The position numbers and the translations under genes were made by a program. The notes under the pieces are model-generated. The model saw only the letters and a program-made list of their open reading frames with translations. It made no database searches and was not told the origin of the DNA. From positions 16,988,001 to 17,052,000 of the forward strand of contig OZ024757.1 in assembly GCA_964016885.1 (NCBI GenBank): a stretch of DNA of 64,000 nucleotides. Reading direction: 5' to 3'. This DNA is from Eledone cirrhosa. Taxonomy: Eukaryota. Below are positions 1 through 11,361 of this stretch, piece after piece (within the stretch, counting starts at the first letter, position 1; the number at the start of each line of letters is the position of its first letter).

Positions 1-208
1 CTAATGCCACACACAATTTTCTTTTCCTCTTGATATGCTCCACATTGTAAACGTGGTTGGTGTTAGGAAGGGCATCCAGCTGTAAAAATCTCAATCAAAA
101 TACAGTTCCGTCTGAGCAAGGTATGGTGCTGCAAGCAGGTCAGACTTGTTTCATGACATGGACGGCCCGTCTAACCCATGAAAGCATGGAAAAATAGACA
201 TTAAATGG

Positions 209-253
<45 letters not shown>

Positions 254-290
<37 letters not shown>

Positions 291-618
291 TTCATTTTAC
301 GTCCGCTTTTTCCCTGCTTGCAAGAGTGGGACAGGAACTGATTCTGGCTTGATTTCTACAGCTGGATGCCCTTCCTAACACCAACCTCATTTACAGTGAG
401 TGCTGGGTGCTTTTTTGCCGCGGCACCTCCATGACCACTTTGCAGTGGAATGATAGGGACCCCAGTCCCTATCATCTCATTTCTACAGCTGAGTAAACTG
501 GAGCAATGTGAAATAAAGTGTCTTGCTCAAGGACACAACACATCACCCGGTCTGAAAATTGAACTCACAACCTTTCGATTGTAAGGCCAATGCTCTAACC
601 ACTAAGCCATGTGCCTCC
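254..618 (-). mobile_element. tRNA-derived SINE with CORE-like body and (ATG)n RTE-type tail
   Basis: A/B-box head, CCTTGAGCAAGACACTT segment; near-identical copies at 9966, 27657, 44945. Confidence 0.8.
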
Positions 619-863
619 ATATATATATATATATACATACACACACATACATACATACATCTATAAGTGTGTATAACACAGTTTTATGGTGTATGTACAT
701 ATCATCATTTTCTACGGCTGGATGCCCTTCCTAACACCAACCACATTTACAGTGTGGAACTGGGAGGTTTTTACCGTGTTACCTACACGGCCACATTACA
801 GCGTGGACTGTGTGTTTTTTTGTCGTGACACCTACACGACCTCATTTGTTTCGGGCTGGATGT

Positions 864-904
<41 letters not shown>

Positions 905-1227
905 CGATCACTCTTCAACTCAGTACCACCATACACAATCTGGGGAGATGGTCATAATTGGACCTTGAAACCTTAGGTTGCGCTTTTTGTTCCATGTATG
1001 AACGTAAATAAATATCTATCTATCTCTCTACATTGAGCTAATACAATACCGTCAAAATATAACTCGGTGTGTGTGTGTTTATACACATGCACTCCGTGCT
1101 ATACTTACGTAAATAAATATATATATATGTGCACATACATACATCTACAAGTATGAGTGGTAACTGATGGAACCTCAAAACAGTCTGAAACAAATAAAGA
1201 AAAAAATAAATATCAAAACAAACTTAC

Positions 1228-1332
1228 GTTATCTTTCAATGTAGGGTCAGCCCCTCGCTGAATTAGGAACTTTGCACTTTCAACATTTCGGTGCTCAGCC
1301 GCCCAAATAATAGGGGTCCAACCCCCGTCATC
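1228..1332 (-). CDS. EHMT1: EHMT (G9a/GLP) exon, ankyrin repeat DDGGWTPIIWAAEHRNVESAKFLIQRGADPTLKDN; last exon visible, gene continues left of window
   Basis: tacag| acceptor, |gtaag donor, 105 nt, phase 0-0; closely matches the G9a ankyrin GGWTPIIWAAEH motif. Confidence 0.95.
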
Positions 1333-1834
1333 CTGTAACACAATAACAAAGACAAACAATTCATTAGAGATAGGACAAGATTACATTATATACTAGAGAT
1401 AGAATGAGATAGCTTAACAAAAGGTTTTTATGTCAAATTTATTACTGAGTCAGCATTATTAACCCTTTCTGAGTTCAAATCCCGCTGAGGTTAACTTTGC
1501 CTTTCATCCTTACGGGGTTGATAAAATAAAGTATCAGTAATGCACTGGGTAATTGCTGGCCTTGTGCCAAAAGTAGAAACAATTATTAACCCTTTCGTCT
1601 GAAGATTGCCACCCTACTTCTACCCTAATATGTCATCCACCTCGTGGTCCTGGCCAACAGGATGGAGAAAATATTGCCCTGGAGGATGATGAGGGAGAAG
1701 GCTAGTACACCCACTCCACCTTGTGAGGCGTGCACTAGTGGGCAGCCAACTGCTCTGATAGCAGTGAGCAGGAATGTGGTTCGAGGAACAAGATCGCCAG
1801 AAGTCTCCACTTCTACAGGCTTAACAACAAACCT

Positions 1835-2115
1835 ATCTACTTTATATATTAAAGATAGAACAAGATTGCTACTTTATATACTAGAGATAGAACGGGATAA
1901 TACTTTATACATTAGAAATAAGACTACATAACTATTTTATATATTAGAGATAGAATGGGATAATACTTTATATATTAGAAATATAACTATATAACTACTT
2001 TATATATTAGAGAAAGAACAAGAATGCTACTTTATATATTAGAGACAGAACTACATAACTACTTTATATATTAGAGATAGAACCAGAAAACTACTTTATA
2101 TATTAAAGATAGATC
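1835..2115. repeat. Degenerate ~34-bp tandem repeat
   Basis: about 8 copies of CTACTTTATATATTAGAGATAGAA. Confidence 0.75.
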
Positions 2116-2613
2116 AATGTAATACATTGAACATTTTGGTTTGGGAAAGGAATGTTGATAAAAATATTGTGTTTGTCATTAGCTGATGAAAGCCTTGATC
2201 TGCCTTGAATGGGGGGAGTAATGGGGAGTTTAGGAGAAGAAGAGCAAGAGGGGACAGAATGGGAGGATAAAAAAAGAAGGGAGGGAGGGAGGGAGGGAAA
2301 AGATGAGCAAGAGACGGTGTGAGTGGTTCAGGAGAGGGGAGTATGGTGAAGGGAAGAAGAGCAAAAGGGAAGGAGAGGGGAGAGAGAAAGGGTGAGTAAG
2401 GGATGGTGTGAGTGGTTCAGAAGAAAGGCATGGCAAATTGAGGAGGGAACTGACTAACAGAAGTTGGCCTCACCAACCTGGGAGCAGAGGGAGGAGGACA
2501 TGCAAGCAGTCGGGTGGGAAGGACTATAAATCCAAATGTATGTGTGCTTTTGTCTGTGAGCATGTGTTTCTGTGTGTTTCTATATGTGTGTGGGTGAGAG
2601 TATATACACTTAC

Positions 2614-2715
2614 CTGGACATTAACATCAGCTTTCCGTGTATACAAAAGAAATTCCATGAGGTTAATGAACCCTCCCTTGGCAGCCATATGGAGACAGGT
2701 CATACCATCTTCACA
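2614..2715 (-). CDS. EHMT1: EHMT exon, ankyrin repeat CEDGMTCLHMAAKGGFINLMEFLLYTRKADVNVQ
   Basis: ttcag|...|gtaag, 102 nt, phase 0-0; TCLHxAAKxG ankyrin motif as in G9a/GLP. Confidence 0.95.
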
Positions 2716-2889
2716 CTGAAACAGAAATACACCGCAACTGACAATACATATATATATATATGTAGACATACATAAAGATATATATATATATATTATATAT
2801 TATGTATACTCCAGTCCTACAAACTGTAGAGTGCTTCTTATCCGATATCTGCATTGCTTTATTGTACTACAATAAAACTCACCTCCTAC

Positions 2890-2935
<46 letters not shown>

Positions 2936-2997
2936 ATATATTATATATATATATACAATATATTAATAAATGGAAACTATATTTATAAAACCATAAT

Positions 2998-3063
2998 TAT
3001 TTTATTATATATATTTCAAGGGCGACCAAGGTAAATTATGGTGCGCTTTCATCAGATAAAATA
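2998..3063 (-). ncRNA. Minimal type-I hammerhead ribozyme motif (left arm of fold-back element)
   Basis: tattttat-CTGATGA-stem II-GAAA-tatata-TA-ataaaata on the minus strand. Confidence 0.78.
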
Positions 3064-3162
3064 CAGATTTGAAATTCGCAGGATTCGACTATCCAGCGAA
3101 TTTCAACCGTTGAGGTTGTCTTTTTTCCGGGTATGTCAATATTTATTTATAAAACAAATCTG

Positions 3163-3228
3163 TATTTTATCTGATGAAAGCGCACCATAATTTACCTTGG
3201 TAGCCCTTGAAATATATATAATAAAATA
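3163..3228 (+). ncRNA. Minimal type-I hammerhead ribozyme motif (right arm)
   Basis: stem I 3163-3170/3221-3228 perfect 8 bp; CTGATGA 3171-3177; GAAA 3209-3212; palindromic ATATATAT; predicted cut after 3220. Confidence 0.78.
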
Positions 3229-3370
3229 ATTATGGTTTTATAAATATAGTTTCCATTTATTAATATATAGTATATTTACTCCACTAATCTGTTGAGTGCT
3301 TTATATCAGTTATAAAAATGTTTAAGCTTGTTGAATCCCAACAAATTAAATATAACCCATGCATACATAT

Positions 3371-3790
3371 ATCATCATCATCAACGTTTAACGTCCGTGT
3401 TCCACGCTTGCATGGGTTTGGACGGGGGTAGTCCCACTTGAGGCAAGAGTGATTGTCTTGCTCGCATAGGACTGTCTGGCAGGTTTTCTACAGTTGGATG
3501 CCCTTCCTAACACCAACCACATTTACAGTGTGGGTCTGGGAGGTTTTTACCGTGTTGCCTACACGGCCACATTACAGCGTGGACTGTGTGTTTTTTTGTC
3601 GTGACACCTACACGATCTCATTTGTTTCGGCCTGGATGGCGCGGCACCAACATAACTTTACATAGAACGGGGTGGTGTGGATGGGGTGGGGGTGGGGGTG
3701 GTGGGACGGGGTGTATTTTGTTAGAGATGCCTACTGGCTGGAGTAGGTTTTACTATATATTTAGGTAAGGCGGGTCTTCTCTGTTACTGA
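3371..3790 (-). mobile_element. Young non-autonomous RTE-related retroposon, 5'-truncated
   Basis: nearly identical to 16469-16900 and 59021-59297; related to 700-866, 8294-8745, 17973-18325; (ATG)n tail. Confidence 0.75.
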
Positions 3791-4652
3791 GTATATATAT
3801 ATATATATATATATGTATATGTGTGTAGATGTAGATAGATACACACACATGCACACGCTATATATATACTGTATATACTTAAATATAAGCCAAGGAATAT
3901 ATGACCAAAAATATTGATGGTAATATACACCTCATATATATATATATATACACACATACACCATATAAATACATACAATAACAAAAGATATAAAAATATT
4001 ATTGGGGATGTCCTGGACCAATTAGTTCCCATTTCTATTATCTTCAGTAGACAATAGGTCAGTTGACATAGTGTATATACTTGAATGTAAGCTGACCCTA
4101 CTATTTTATGTCTGAGAAATGGGAAAATATCCAAACCTTATTTATGTAGAATTCGAAGTTATTGAAAATTGTCAAAATATATACCCCAAATATAAGTCAA
4201 CCTTTCCTTCTACCATCGATATTTTGTTTACATATTCCTAGGCTTATATTCAAATATATACAGTAACTAATATGTCTAGAACATTTGCCTTGTACATGAA
4301 AGCATATAGCTGAATGGTTTGTGCATTTGGTCCATGATCTTAGACTCAAGGGTTTGATTCCCAGACCAGGTGGTGCATTGTGTCTTTGAGCAAAACAATT
4401 TATTTCACATTGCATCAGTCCACTCAACTAGCAAAAATGAATTGTACTTGTAATTCAAAGGGCCAGCCATGTCATACACATATATCTATGTATGTATTAT
4501 ATACACATAGTTAAAAGTAGTGCCCAATGGCTGAGCTTATGCCATTTCAACAGCGAGTAGATAATCTTTATATATATATATATATATATATATGCAAGCA
4601 GGGAAAAGCGGACGTATGATGATGATGATATAAATACACACACACATCTTAC

Positions 4653-4721
4653 CATAACACAAATCTGTGCAACTGTTTGTGTGAGAAATTTCAATCACAG
4701 GTAGATGGTTATTGTTACATG
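4653..4721 (-). pseudogene. Decayed, frameshifted partial duplicate of exon 4817-4939 including its donor site
   Basis: TCNNNHLPVI (+1 nt) KFLTQTVAQICVM|gtaag aligns to ACENNHLPVVKFLIQAGAQIDVK|gtaag. Confidence 0.8.
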
Positions 4722-4816
4722 TACCTTGACAAACACCTTCTACCAATACACACTCACAGGTACAGACCCACACACATTCATAGGTACAAACACAAACACA
4801 CACACAAATATCTTAC

Positions 4817-4939
4817 CTTGACATCAATCTGTGCACCTGCTTGTATGAGAAACTTAACCACAGGTAAATGGTTATTTTCACATGCATAGATGATCACATT
4901 ATTTAACCGACCATCAACAGTGTGTATATTACCTCCAGC
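4817..4939 (-). CDS. EHMT1: EHMT exon, ankyrin repeat AGGNIHTVDGRLNNVIIYACENNHLPVVKFLIQAGAQIDVK
   Basis: tacag|...|gtaag, 123 nt, phase 0-0; ENNHL..VK.LI.AGA matches the GLP ankyrin. Confidence 0.93.
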
Positions 4940-4961
4940 CTGTAATATAGAAGATAGGGTT

Positions 4962-6442
4962 TAGTGTAGAGCTGTGATATATGTGTTGACTGGTGTGTAG
5001 TGTAGAGCTGTGATATATGTGTTGACTGGTGTGTAGTGTAGAGCTGTGATATATGTGTTGACTGGTGTGTAGTGTAGAGCTGTGATATATGTGTTGACTG
5101 GTGTGTAGTGTGTTAACTGGTGTGTAGTGTTAGAGCTGTGATATATGTGTTGACTGGTGTGTAGTGTAGAGCTGTGATATATGTGTTGACTGGTATGTAG
5201 TGTAGAGCTGTGATATATGTGTTGACTGGTATGTAGTGTAGAGCTGTGATATATGTGTTGACTGGTGTGTAGTGTAGAGCTGTGATATATGTGTTAACTG
5301 GTGTGTAGTGTAGAGCTGTGATATATGTGTTGACTGGTGTGTAGTGTGTTAACTGGTGTGTAGTGTAGAGCTGTGATATATGTGTTGACTGGTATGTAGT
5401 GTAGAGCTGTGATATATGTGTTGACTGGTATGTAGTGTAGAGCTGTGATATATGTGTTGACTGGTGTGTAGTGTAGAGCTGTGATATATGTGTTAACTGG
5501 TGTGTAGTGTAGAGCTGTGATATATGTGTTAACTGGTGTGTAGTGTAGAGCTGTGATATATGTGTTAACTGGTGTGTAGTGTAGAGCTGTGATATATGTG
5601 TTGACTGGTGTGTAGTGTAGAGCTGTGATATATGTGTTGACTGGTGTGTAGTGTAGAGCTGTGATATATGTGTTGACTGGTATGTAGTGTAGAGCTGTGA
5701 TATATGTGTTGACTGGTGTGTAGTGTAGAGCTGTGATATATGTGTTAACTGGTATGTAGTGTAGAGCTGTGATATATGTGTTAACTGGTGTGTAGTGTAG
5801 AGCTGTGATATATGTGTTGACTGGTGTGTAGTGTGTTAACTGGTGTGTAGTGTAGAGCTGTGATATATGTGTTGAACTAATGTGTAGTGTGTTAACTGGT
5901 GTGTAGTGTAGAGCTGTGATATATGTGTTGACTGGTGTGTAGTGTGTTAACTGGTGTGTAGTGTAGAGCTGTGATATATGTGTTGACTGGTGTGTAGTGT
6001 GTTAACTGGTGTGTAGTGAAGAGCTATGATATATGTGTTAACTGGTATGTAGTGTAGAGCTGTGATATATGTGTTGACTGGTGTGTAGTGTGTTAACTGG
6101 TGTGTAGTGTAGAGATGTGATATATGTGTTGAACTAATGTGTAGTGTAGAGCTGTGATATATGTGTTGAACTAATGTGTAGTGTGTTAACTGGTGTGTGG
6201 TGTAGAGCTGTGATATATGTGTTGAACTAATGTGTAGTGTAGAGCTGTGATATATGTGTTGACTGGTGTGTAGTGTATTAACTGGTGTGTAGTGTAGAGC
6301 TGTGATATATGTGTTGACTGGTGTGTAGTGTAGAGCTGTGATATATGTGTTGAACTAATGTGTAGTGTGTTAACTGGTGTGTAGTGTAGAGCTGTGATAT
6401 ATGTGTTGACTGGTGTGTAGTGTGTTAACTGGTGTGTAGTGT
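4962..6442. repeat. 36-bp minisatellite with 20-bp variant units
   Basis: TAGTGTAGAGCTGTGATATATGTGTTGACTGGTGTG, period 36 (5005 to 5041). Confidence 0.95.
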
Positions 6443-6638
6443 ATGTGCATGAGGGCTGGTATGTTAATTTTGTGCGTAGTGTGTGTGTATGTATAAGTGT
6501 TGGTGTGTTAATTTTGTGTATATATATGAGGACTGGTATGTAGTGTGAGTGTGTATATACGAGCTGGGGTGTAGTGTATGTGTGTATAAAAGGGCTGGTG
6601 TGTTAATTTTATGGTGGTAGTAGTAGTATTGTCCTTAC

Positions 6639-6745
6639 TTGAATGAGCACATGTAAGATGGCAAGGTGACCATTAATTGCTGCAGCATGGACTGCTGTTT
6701 GGTCATCATTATCGGGGTCTCTCTTGTTGGGATCTGCTCCATCAA
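6639..6745 (-). CDS. EHMT1: EHMT exon (V)DGADPNKRDPDNDDQTAVHAAAINGHLAILHVLIQ, ankyrin repeat
   Basis: tccag|...|gtaag, 107 nt, phase 1-0. Confidence 0.93.
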
Positions 6746-7259
6746 CTGGATAGATAGATAGACAGATGGACAGATAGATAGATAGTTATAGGGATAGATA
6801 GATAGAGAGACAGATGGATGTATGGATAGTTAGACAGATAGATAGATGGATAGATATATGGAAACATAGGTAAATGGGTGGTTAGATAGGTAAATAAATA
6901 GATAGATAAGGTATATACACACACACACATTAAATATATATATATAGAGAGAGAGATAACAATAACAGTAGTTGAAATACATATTCATAATAGCAATAGA
7001 TAATAACAAAAGTCAGTGTAGTACTCAAGGTAATTACACAAGTGAATTAGCCATAACAAGTGTCTATGTATCATTATCAATAGCATCCCAAGGCCACCAT
7101 AGAGTGGAATAATAATAATAATAATGGTTTCAGCACACCACACATATACTACACCATACATTGTACCACATTACACACTAACCAGTATAGACCAGTGTAC
7201 ATCAGCTCCCCCACCACCCTAGGCAACATGGAAAATGCTGACTTGCCTAACATATCAAA

Positions 7260-7660
7260 ACCACACCACACTACACTACATGACACTACACTACATCACA
7301 CCACACTACATGACACTACACCACATTACTCTACACTACATGACACCACACTACACTGCATTACATCATACTACACTACACTACATGACACCACACTACA
7401 CTACACTGCACTACATGACACCACACTACACTAAACGACACTACACCTACACCACATTACACGCATCACCCCCCACTACACTACACCACATCACCCCCAC
7501 CACACTACACCACCCCCACCACATTATACACATCATACCACACTATACTACACCACATCACCCCCACCACACTACACCACATCACCTCCACCACATTATC
7601 CCCACCACACTACACATCACCCCCAACCACACTACACATCACCCCAACCACATTACACAC
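7260..7660. repeat. CACTA/CACCA pentamer-based low-complexity repeat
   Basis: direct inspection. Confidence 0.8.
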
Positions 7661-7728
7661 TAACCAGTATAAACCAGTGTACATCAGCTCCCCCACCACC
7701 CCAGGCAACATAGAAAAAGCTGACTTAC

Positions 7729-7811
7729 CTAACATATAAATAACTTTGGCCAAATCACCTTCTTTACATGGATTATACAACGACTTGGGTAAACTTCGAT
7801 ACTTCTTTGGT
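7729..7811 (-). CDS. EHMT1: EHMT exon (R)PKKYRSLPKSLYNPCKEGDLAKVIYML(V), start of ankyrin region
   Basis: ttcag|...|gtaag, 83 nt, phase 2-1; resembles GLP PKKLRFHPKQLY..ARQGEL.KVL.ML. Confidence 0.92.
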
Positions 7812-8089
7812 CTGAAAGAGTTAAAAAGTAAGTGGACTTTACAGAAAACAAAGCAAACACCTAAAAACATTGTATTAGACAGGGACCAGCTTTCTCTGAC
7901 AGAGGTTAGCTTTCAGTAACAGGGGTCAGTTTATAGTAAAAGTTCACTTCACACTATTTAGTCTTATAAAGAAAAGTTACATCAATTCATCCTTATTATC
8001 ATCATATTACCTATATTACCTATCCAGGTATAACTTGAACTGTTAAGGTCTCGTTCCTGGATATGTCAACATTTATAAAACAAATTTTG

Positions 8090-8150
8090 TATTTTATCTG
8101 ATGAGAGCGTACCAAAATTTTGGTACCCTTGAAATATATATAATAGAATA
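8090..8150 (+). ncRNA. Minimal hammerhead ribozyme motif
   Basis: tattttat-CTGATGA-gagcgtacca aaattt tggtaccctt-GAAA-tatata-TA-atagaata. Confidence 0.78.
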
Positions 8151-8872
8151 AATATGGTTTTATAAATATAGTTTCCATTTATTAATATCATTGATATTAT
8201 ACTCTAGAAAACTTGTCGAGTGCTTCGAATCAGTTATAAATATATATATTTGTTGAATTACCAACAAATTAAATATCCCTTTGCTTATATATATCATCGT
8301 CATCATCTTCGTTTAACGTCCATTTTCCACGCTAGCATGGGTTAGGCGGGAGTTGTCCCACTTGAGGCAAGGTTGGTCGGGTGACCGTGCCTCGCTCATG
8401 TAGGACTATCTGGCAGGTTTTCTACGGCTGGATGCCCTTCCTAACACCAACCACATTTACAGTGTAGAACTGGGAACTTTTTACCGTGTTACCTACATGG
8501 CCACATTACAGCGTGGACTGTGTGTTTTTTTGTCGTGACACCTACATGATCTCGATCTCATTATCTCGTGGTGTTGGTGGGAGTGGGAGGATAGGGTAGG
8601 GGTAGTGGATTGAGGTGTATATTTGGTTAAGAGGTGCCTACTGACTGTAGGTTTCGCTTTGTACATAGGCAAGGCGGGTCTTCTGTATTATTGCGTAGCG
8701 CCAAAGATCTCGGTTCAGTGACATTGTCTTAGAGAGGTGCAAGTATGTAAATATATATATATATACGAGGGTAGGTTGAAAAGTCCATAGGCTGACTACG
8801 AAGGAGTGATGCCTTGTGCTGTAAAATCTTGCATGCATTAATTTCAAATAGTAATGAAAACCAAAACCTCAC

Positions 8873-8939
8873 CTCTCTTGTTCCAAAATAGAAAAACATT
8901 TTTCTAAAATATCTCTGTCTTTGCCTTGGGGAATTCCAG
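8873..8939 (-). CDS. EHMT1: EHMT exon (A)GIPQGKDRDILEKCFSILEQE(R)
   Basis: ttcag|...|gtgag, 67 nt, phase 1-2 fits both neighbours; resembles the G9a/GLP segment preceding PKK. Confidence 0.85.
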
Positions 8940-9070
8940 CTGAAATAAGGAATAAAGGTTGTTTAGATAATTGTTTCAAATATGGGCATAAAAGGGTTAA
9001 CTGAAACATTATAGGAAAGAAAGAATATTTGGTTCAAAATGCAGCAGATGATGTGTTGAAGATGACGTAC

Positions 9071-9216
9071 CTGACGTGAAGACAGTTGGTGATGAAGATG
9101 CTGACGACTCAAATGTAACTTTCTTTCCTCCATCCTGCTCTGATAACTTAATAGACTTCAACTTCTTCTCCTGAGCTTTATAGGTTTTTAAATGAATAGA
9201 TAATTTTGCCCTTGAT
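9071..9216 (-). CDS. EHMT1: EHMT linker exon (K)SRAKLSIHLKTYKAQEKKLKSIKLSEQDGGKKVTFESSASSSPTVFTS(A)
   Basis: cacag|...|gtacgt, 146 nt, open frame, phase 2-1 fits both neighbours. Confidence 0.78.
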
Positions 9217-9284
9217 CTGTGTAAAGTAAAAGATAACAGCCTATCAATGAAGATATCATAGAGATATATATATATGCAGAGGAT

Positions 9285-9530
9285 ATGTGACGGCTGGAGT
9301 GAAATGATACAAGCATGCTCTGATGGATGTGCAATGTCAATGTGCGTGAACGATCAAGCATAGACGAGTTGAGAGAGAAACTGTGTATAAGAGGAATAAA
9401 CGGTAGTCTGCAGCAGAGAAGACTGCGTTGGTATGGACATGTAATGCACATGGAGGATGACCGGTGGGTAAATAAGTGCCAAGAAATCCCAATGGAAGGA
9501 AGACGCAGTAGAGGAAGACCATGGAAAACG
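9285..9530 (+). mobile_element. RTE-clade LINE fragment (C-terminal ORF remnant)
   Basis: [12 protein letters not shown]...RSRGRPWKT motif typical of RTE ORF C-termini. Confidence 0.8.
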
Positions 9531-9661
9531 AGAGCAGAGAGCCAGAACGAATACCATAAAGCATTCTACCCTATGTTCTAACGACTCTGCCAATTCGCCG
9601 CCTATATGTATATATACATACATATATATATATACATACATATATACATACATACGTATAT

Positions 9662-9709
<48 letters not shown>

Positions 9710-9920
9710 ATATATATACATATATATATATACATACATATATATATATGCATACATTTATATACTTACATATATATATGCATACATTTATATACTTACA
9801 TATATATATGCATACATACATATATATACATACATACATATATATATATATACATACATACATATATATATATATACATGTACATATACATACATATATA
9901 TATATGCATACATATATACA

Positions 9921-9965
<45 letters not shown>

Positions 9966-9966
<1 letters not shown>

Positions 9967-10275
9967 GAGGCACATGGCTTAGTGGTTAGAGCATTGGCCT
10001 TGCAATCGAAAGGTTGTGAGTTCAATTCTCAGACCGGGTGATGTGTTGTTTCCTTGAGCAAGACACTTTATTTCACATTGCTCCAGTTTGCTCAGCTGTA
10101 GAAATGAGATGATAGGGACTGGGGTCCCTATCATTCCACTGCAAAGTGGTCGTGGAGGTGCCACGGCAAAAAAGCACCCACCACTCACTGTAAATGAGGT
10201 TGGTGTTAGGAAGGGCATCCAGCTGTAGAAATCAAGCAGGGAAAAGTGGACGTAAAATGAAATGATGATGATGAT
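9966..10275 (+). mobile_element. tRNA-derived SINE, same family as 254-618
   Basis: TGGCTTAGTGGTT A box, GAGTTCAATTC B box, (ATG)n tail. Confidence 0.82.
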
Positions 10276-10343
10276 ATATATATATATATATGTAAGTGTA
10301 TATATATATATATATAAGTGTATATATATATATATATATGTAA

Positions 10344-10374
<31 letters not shown>

Positions 10375-10438
10375 AGTGTGTATATATATATAGTAGATAA
10401 TGTGATGGGAAGAAACAGCGGAAGAATTAAATACTTAC

Positions 10439-10647
10439 TTAGGCAACGAGGGTTCCAGCTGAGTGACTGTTTTCTCTTCTATAGTACTAATTATTCTGGG
10501 TTCGTTAAGGGTTAACATGACTTCATACTGTGATGACTCTTCCCCACAATGGGGACAGTAAGATTTGTTATCAAGGAACATCTGACACTGCTTGTGGAAA
10601 TTGTGAATAGTAGAGCCACCTTGTTTCCGACACTGGTAGAATCGTCC
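10439..10647 (-). CDS. EHMT1: EHMT exon, Cys-rich region GRFYQC...HNFHKQC...YCPHCGEE
   Basis: ttcag|...|gtaag, 209 nt, phase 0-2; HxFHKxC...CPHCGE is characteristic of G9a/GLP. Confidence 0.95.
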
Positions 10648-11361
10648 CTGAAATAGTAAAAAAAATAACCATGTTATTGTTGTTGTTGTTACTGTTGTTG
10701 TTATTGACAATGCTGAAGTTATCAAAAATTAGGAAATAGAAAGGAAATTTCCAACTCACACCTATGTAGGTTTATCTGGCCTCCTATGAGGTTACATCAC
10801 ACAGGTTTCTCAGATGTTTTAATGATAAAGACCCCAATCCTATCATGTTATAGCTGACAACTATGTACATTCAGTTGCCCTCCAAAATGGTTGTATCTTA
10901 TAGGAGGTTTCTGGTGTCTTTTAATGATAGGGACCCCAATCCCTTTATGTTGCTGTTATGGTTCATACCTATGCAGGTTTAGCTTCCCTTCCATATGGTT
11001 GTATTTCATTGGAAGTTTTTCGGACACTTTAATGAAAGGGGACCCCAGCTCACACCAATGCAGATTTACCTGCCCTCCCACGAGGTTGTATCTCATAGAA
11101 GGTTTCTTGGGTGTTTTAATCATAAGGCCTCTGTCCTAAGCACCATGAAATGAAGTGTATTGCTCAATAACACAATACAGTGCCTAGTAGAGAAATGAAA
11201 CCCATGATCTTATGATTAAGTGTCCAACACTCAACACACTAGGTCACATACCCTCATGTATATATGTTGTTGTTGTGAATGTTACTGATATTGTTGTCGT
11301 CATTAATGTGACTGTTGACATCAAGGAAAGACAAGACAGAATTGACGCTGCCCAAACATTT

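Larger units (their letters stand above)
2958..3360. mobile_element. Non-autonomous Penelope-like fold-back element (inverted ~110-bp arms plus tail)
   Basis: 2958-3071 is the reverse complement of 3155-3267; each arm carries a hammerhead; related copies near 8040-8285, 57468-57830, 59575-59890, 61115-61335. Confidence 0.7.

Noticed and set aside
1-1227. Remaining ankyrin and SET-domain exons of EHMT
   Set aside because: Not found here; the stretch is SINE and microsatellite intron sequence, so those exons must lie outside the window
1644-1931. 95-aa ORF with moderately GC-rich start
   Set aside because: No recognisable domain or splice context; runs into a tandem repeat and probably derives from a decayed repeat
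2183-2215. CTGATGA followed by a short stem
   Set aside because: Followed by GAAT rather than GAAA, with no palindrome, UH or stem I
9966-10040. tRNA-like sequence with A and B boxes
   Set aside because: It is the head of a multi-copy SINE with no complete cloverleaf
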